A stretch of DNA of 64,000 bases from Fistulifera solaris. Lineage: Eukaryota. A program made the position numbers and the translations under genes. Numbering within the stretch: position 1 is the first letter of the stretch; the number at the start of each line of letters is the position of its first letter. Below are positions 60,756-64,000 of this stretch, piece by piece. The stretch lies in assembly GCA_030295235.1 (NCBI GenBank), contig AP026154.1, forward strand, positions 62,001 through 126,000. Direction: 5' to 3'. A model generated the notes under the pieces. It was not told where the DNA came from. It did no database searches and saw only the letters and a program-made list of their open reading frames with translations.

Positions 60756-61869
60756 GGATAATGTTTATTTGGTTGGAGTTTGAATTTATGCAGACAGAAT
60801 AGATTTATTTGCAAATGCCGATTGCAGCTGGCACAGGTAAGCAGATCGTTTTGGATTTAAAGGCCGGGCCGTAATTGTCGAAATTCGGCCTGTGTCGTAC
60901 ACTTTGCGGAGAAAAGAGTACTGAAAATCCATCGGACATTTGCGGACATGAATTATTTCTCCGCATTTTGACATCTTTTTCCTTACTTTATTATTGTTCA
61001 CTCGGCGGACTTTATGCTTAAGCAGCCGAACTCTACGCATTGATAGGCGGAAACTAGGACGAAAAATGAACGACTAGCCAGCAATACTGGACTGATAGAG
61101 AACTCGTCTCTGGAATAGAGCTAATACTCAGTTGTCAGTTCCTGGATTTGTAGAACCGAGAAATTAGAAAATGGACAGAAGACCGATGCTATTTATGAGT
61201 TGCGAACTCTATAGCTTCAAGGATCTGATCGATCCCGAAAGCCAAAACGGTTAAGGCCTAGGAGGTACGAGGGAAAGCTACTGGTACAAGTACTTGTGTT
61301 CACCCTTCACCCTTTACCCTTCACCCCGTGCAACTTGCCGCTTGTCGACTTCTCCAAACGCGCTTAAAGTAAGAAAAATAATAACTTTATGATACTACAT
61401 CCTTGTATCGGACCAAAAACCAAAGAGGAATAAAGGTACAGTTTGTAAAGGAAGGGAAGCTTGCGGCAATGAGCTGACCAACAGTTACTAGGTGGAGAAT
61501 GGAGAACAAAGAACATACTATCCAGTAAACGACGCGATTACTTGGCAATTAGCGACTCTAAGTCATTGATTGCATAAGCAACCTATTGGGCCACATAGAA
61601 CAATGAATAATAATGTTGCCTTGTCGACAGATCGACAGATCGACATTCCATGCGGCATGCGGCAAAGTGCTCTACCAGTGACTGCGCTGGATTTTCAACA
61701 GAACTCAGTAGTCCACCACAGACGTGGACTCGCCCTATAAGCTTTAGTAGGTGCGACTCCTCCGCAACGCCTTATTCTCTTGCATTCGGTGTACGACGTT
61801 GGCGAAACAATCTAAAGAACAAAAATGTCCACGACATTATGCTTGTAGTCACTAGTCTAGAGCTTCTCT

Positions 61870-62570
61870 TTATTGCTTGTTCGCCACTTTCGACAGGTAA
61901 ATCGTCCATACCAGTGAACAAAGATTCACGAAAAGTGGAATGTATTCCTTAGGAACGAGCGAAAAGCTCATGAGATCCACCAAGGGCCAAAAGCCGGCCC
62001 CGGCCAACCATGCTCCCGGCAGGTCTTGCTGAATTTTGCGGAGCCATCGCGATACGGTAAAGTTGCCCGCTTGCAGTAATCCGACGGCAAAAAAGATGCA
62101 GTTGAAGGCGGGGCCAAAGATCAGTTGCCCACAAACAGCTTTTTGTAATGTGCTCACCAACGAAGTCCCGGGCAAGAGACGAAAGATTGCTTCGTACCAG
62201 TAATGCGCGGCGGGTCCAAAGTAAAGTAACCCTATCAAAGCTCCGGCCGTAACTCGTTTGACATCAATGTGTTGGTTGTTCTTTCCTTCCAAACGCTGTG
62301 CCAAATAATCCGACAAGGCGAAAATGGCACATGCCGTAACACTTTTGGTATAAATGGGACGTTTTCCAAGTTGTACTGCATACCATGTTCCCAGTTTGGT
62401 AAGAGGCGCCAAAATGGGGAGCTCTTTTGCAGATGCTTCTGCGCCTCCACGCAGTTGCAAGGGCAACGCTCGAGTAGGAGTGACTAACGCTCTTGGCGTC
62501 GGAGCACGATGCGCCCAAGCATGGGTCGGTGAACAGAGAAGTAGTAGAAAAAGAACAAAGTCGACCGCAT
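61870..62570 (-). CDS. Mpv17/PMP22 family membrane protein with signal peptide; frameshift near 62545-62560
   Basis: WY...RPIYTKSVTA...SDYLAQ, GPAAHYWY, KAVCGQLIFGP, FWP and NLCSLVWTIYLS. The ATG at 62570 joins by a one-base insertion (MRS..VLFLLLLCSPTHA...LRGG). Confidence 0.88.
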
Positions 62571-63529
62571 CTTATTTCTGCAGGCAAAAGAAGAAATAGA
62601 GACAGACGACCATGAATTGTTATTAAACAGTGAGATAAACGCTTCAATACAAACGTGTGACAACTCGTTTCGCTCTACTAGTCTCACTGTTTGCGATAAC
62701 GCTTTATCACGCACTCAAAATATAATTCTTGTTGTGATCTCAAACTTTAAAAAAAATATGACAGAATCATTGACACTAGAACGACGAAGACGTCTGTCTT
62801 GTTTGGTTCGATACACACCTCGGAGAATTGTGGTCTGATTCTCAAATGTAACACATAGATTTGGGTTCATTGTGGAATCGTTTTTCGTCATGGGTGTAGA
62901 ATTCGACGTACAAGCACAACAGACATTCCTAAAGACACTGTTTCAAAAAAGCCGACTTACGTTTTCCGTAGGTTGTCAATACAAAAAAAGAAAGTGTATA
63001 ATGAATGCTTACCGCGAGATCGTGATGAATCACAGTGGCATGGTGGTGTCTACGAAAGACGAAAGAGGATTCTTATTGAGCAACAAGGCCTCGTAGAGTG
63101 CTACAACAAGAATGCGATGGAGTTACCAGGTAAAGGATGTCAACAGAGAAAAACGGCGTAGATGAAACGTGCTTATTGTGTGGCAGTGAGAAAAAAGAAG
63201 GGGATTGATTCCTTACGGACAACAGACGACTCATGTCTCATGTCTGGTGTCCCACCAGGAGAGGAGGAGTCGTCATTCGTCGTCATCCCCAATAAGATGA
63301 CGTCATAACCCCAACCCTGGTCTGTGTTTTGAAGCGAAAGATCTTACGGAGTTTTTCGCATCGCGGCCATCGCAATCATACCCAACTTCCAGGAAACCTT
63401 TTTGGATGCAAATGCAACATAAGGGAGACGCAACAACGTCAAGCCGTCCAATAGTATCAGTTCATAAACGACAGAGTCGGATCATCAAAGTGTCTTTTAT
63501 AAAGGAAACAGAAATACAGAAATACCAAC

Positions 63530-64000
63530 ATGAGTTACGAAACGGATGCTTTGCTTCGTCCACGCGGTGATTCTTCACTGACAAATAATCTGGCAAGTCG
63601 GGGACCCTTTGTACGCGCCATCTTCCTAGCCGTCGGTGCACTGGCTCTCTCGGCGGTACTTTATGCGACTACTGCGACGCCGTCGTCTTGGAAGAAGACT
63701 GTCAAAATATTGGGTCATACGCATTCATCATCCGATCCTCTTTCCATTCTGTTCGATGAGACGCTGGACGGTAAAGAACTCTTTTATGAGCAACAAACAC
63801 TTGATCATTTGAGCAACGATGAGGATGCCAAAAGACATGGTCCCATCGATATTACAAAGTATCGAAGCATTTCCGGGGCCCTGGTCATCCAATTATCATG
63901 GTGATTGGGGGAGAAGACGCATTGACGGGGCCGTTGCATCCCTTTATTGAAGAAGGCATGGCTTCTAAATTTGGTGCCTTTGTGATTGAGCCCGAACACC
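63530..64000 (+). CDS. Serine carboxypeptidase S28 (PRCP-like), type II membrane, 5' part only; frameshift at A4 63830-63833
   Basis: FYEQQTLDH, then after removing one A: TWSHRYY...GPGHPIIMVIGGE...ASKFGAFVIEPEH. The gene runs off the end of the window. Confidence 0.85.

Noticed and set aside
1824..63833. Programmed ribosomal frameshifting as a genome-wide system
   Set aside because: The shifts have both signs, different bases and no common slippery site or stop context, so sequencing error is more parsimonious.
1..64000. tRNA, rRNA or other structured RNA genes
   Set aside because: None recognised by eye. tRNAscan-SE or Infernal would be needed to exclude them.

Overview
This is eukaryotic, gene-dense DNA with short introns (89-157 bp). 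The protein families and intron style point to a pennate diatom; a Fistulifera-like origin is my recollection-based inference, not a database result. The main structure is a ~35 kb cell-surface protein cluster (about 9.2-44.1 kb). It holds four tandem Reeler-like copies (two full-length, one truncated, one decayed), six fasciclin (FAS1) genes plus a FAS1 relic, and a Reeler-FAS1 fusion gene. Nearly all have a signal peptide, a Pro/Ser/Thr stalk and a GPI-like hydrophobic tail. Two GT92-like glycosyltransferase paralogs sit inside the cluster and a TBL/SGNH-like acetyltransferase/esterase sits beside it. One FAS1 gene carries 12 tandem 17-aa repeats, and all 11 complete units end in a basic convertase-like site (RERR, RKRR or RERK), which resembles a silaffin-type polyprotein. 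The rest of the window has ordinary genes (PstS-like, ankyrin, HSF, HMG box, TPT-family transporter, SUMO-like, APP1-like, Mpv17, S28 peptidase) and a DHX16-like pseudogene. About 20 single-base frameshifts at short homopolymers break otherwise intact genes and are most likely assembly errors. All family calls come from motif recognition by eye.
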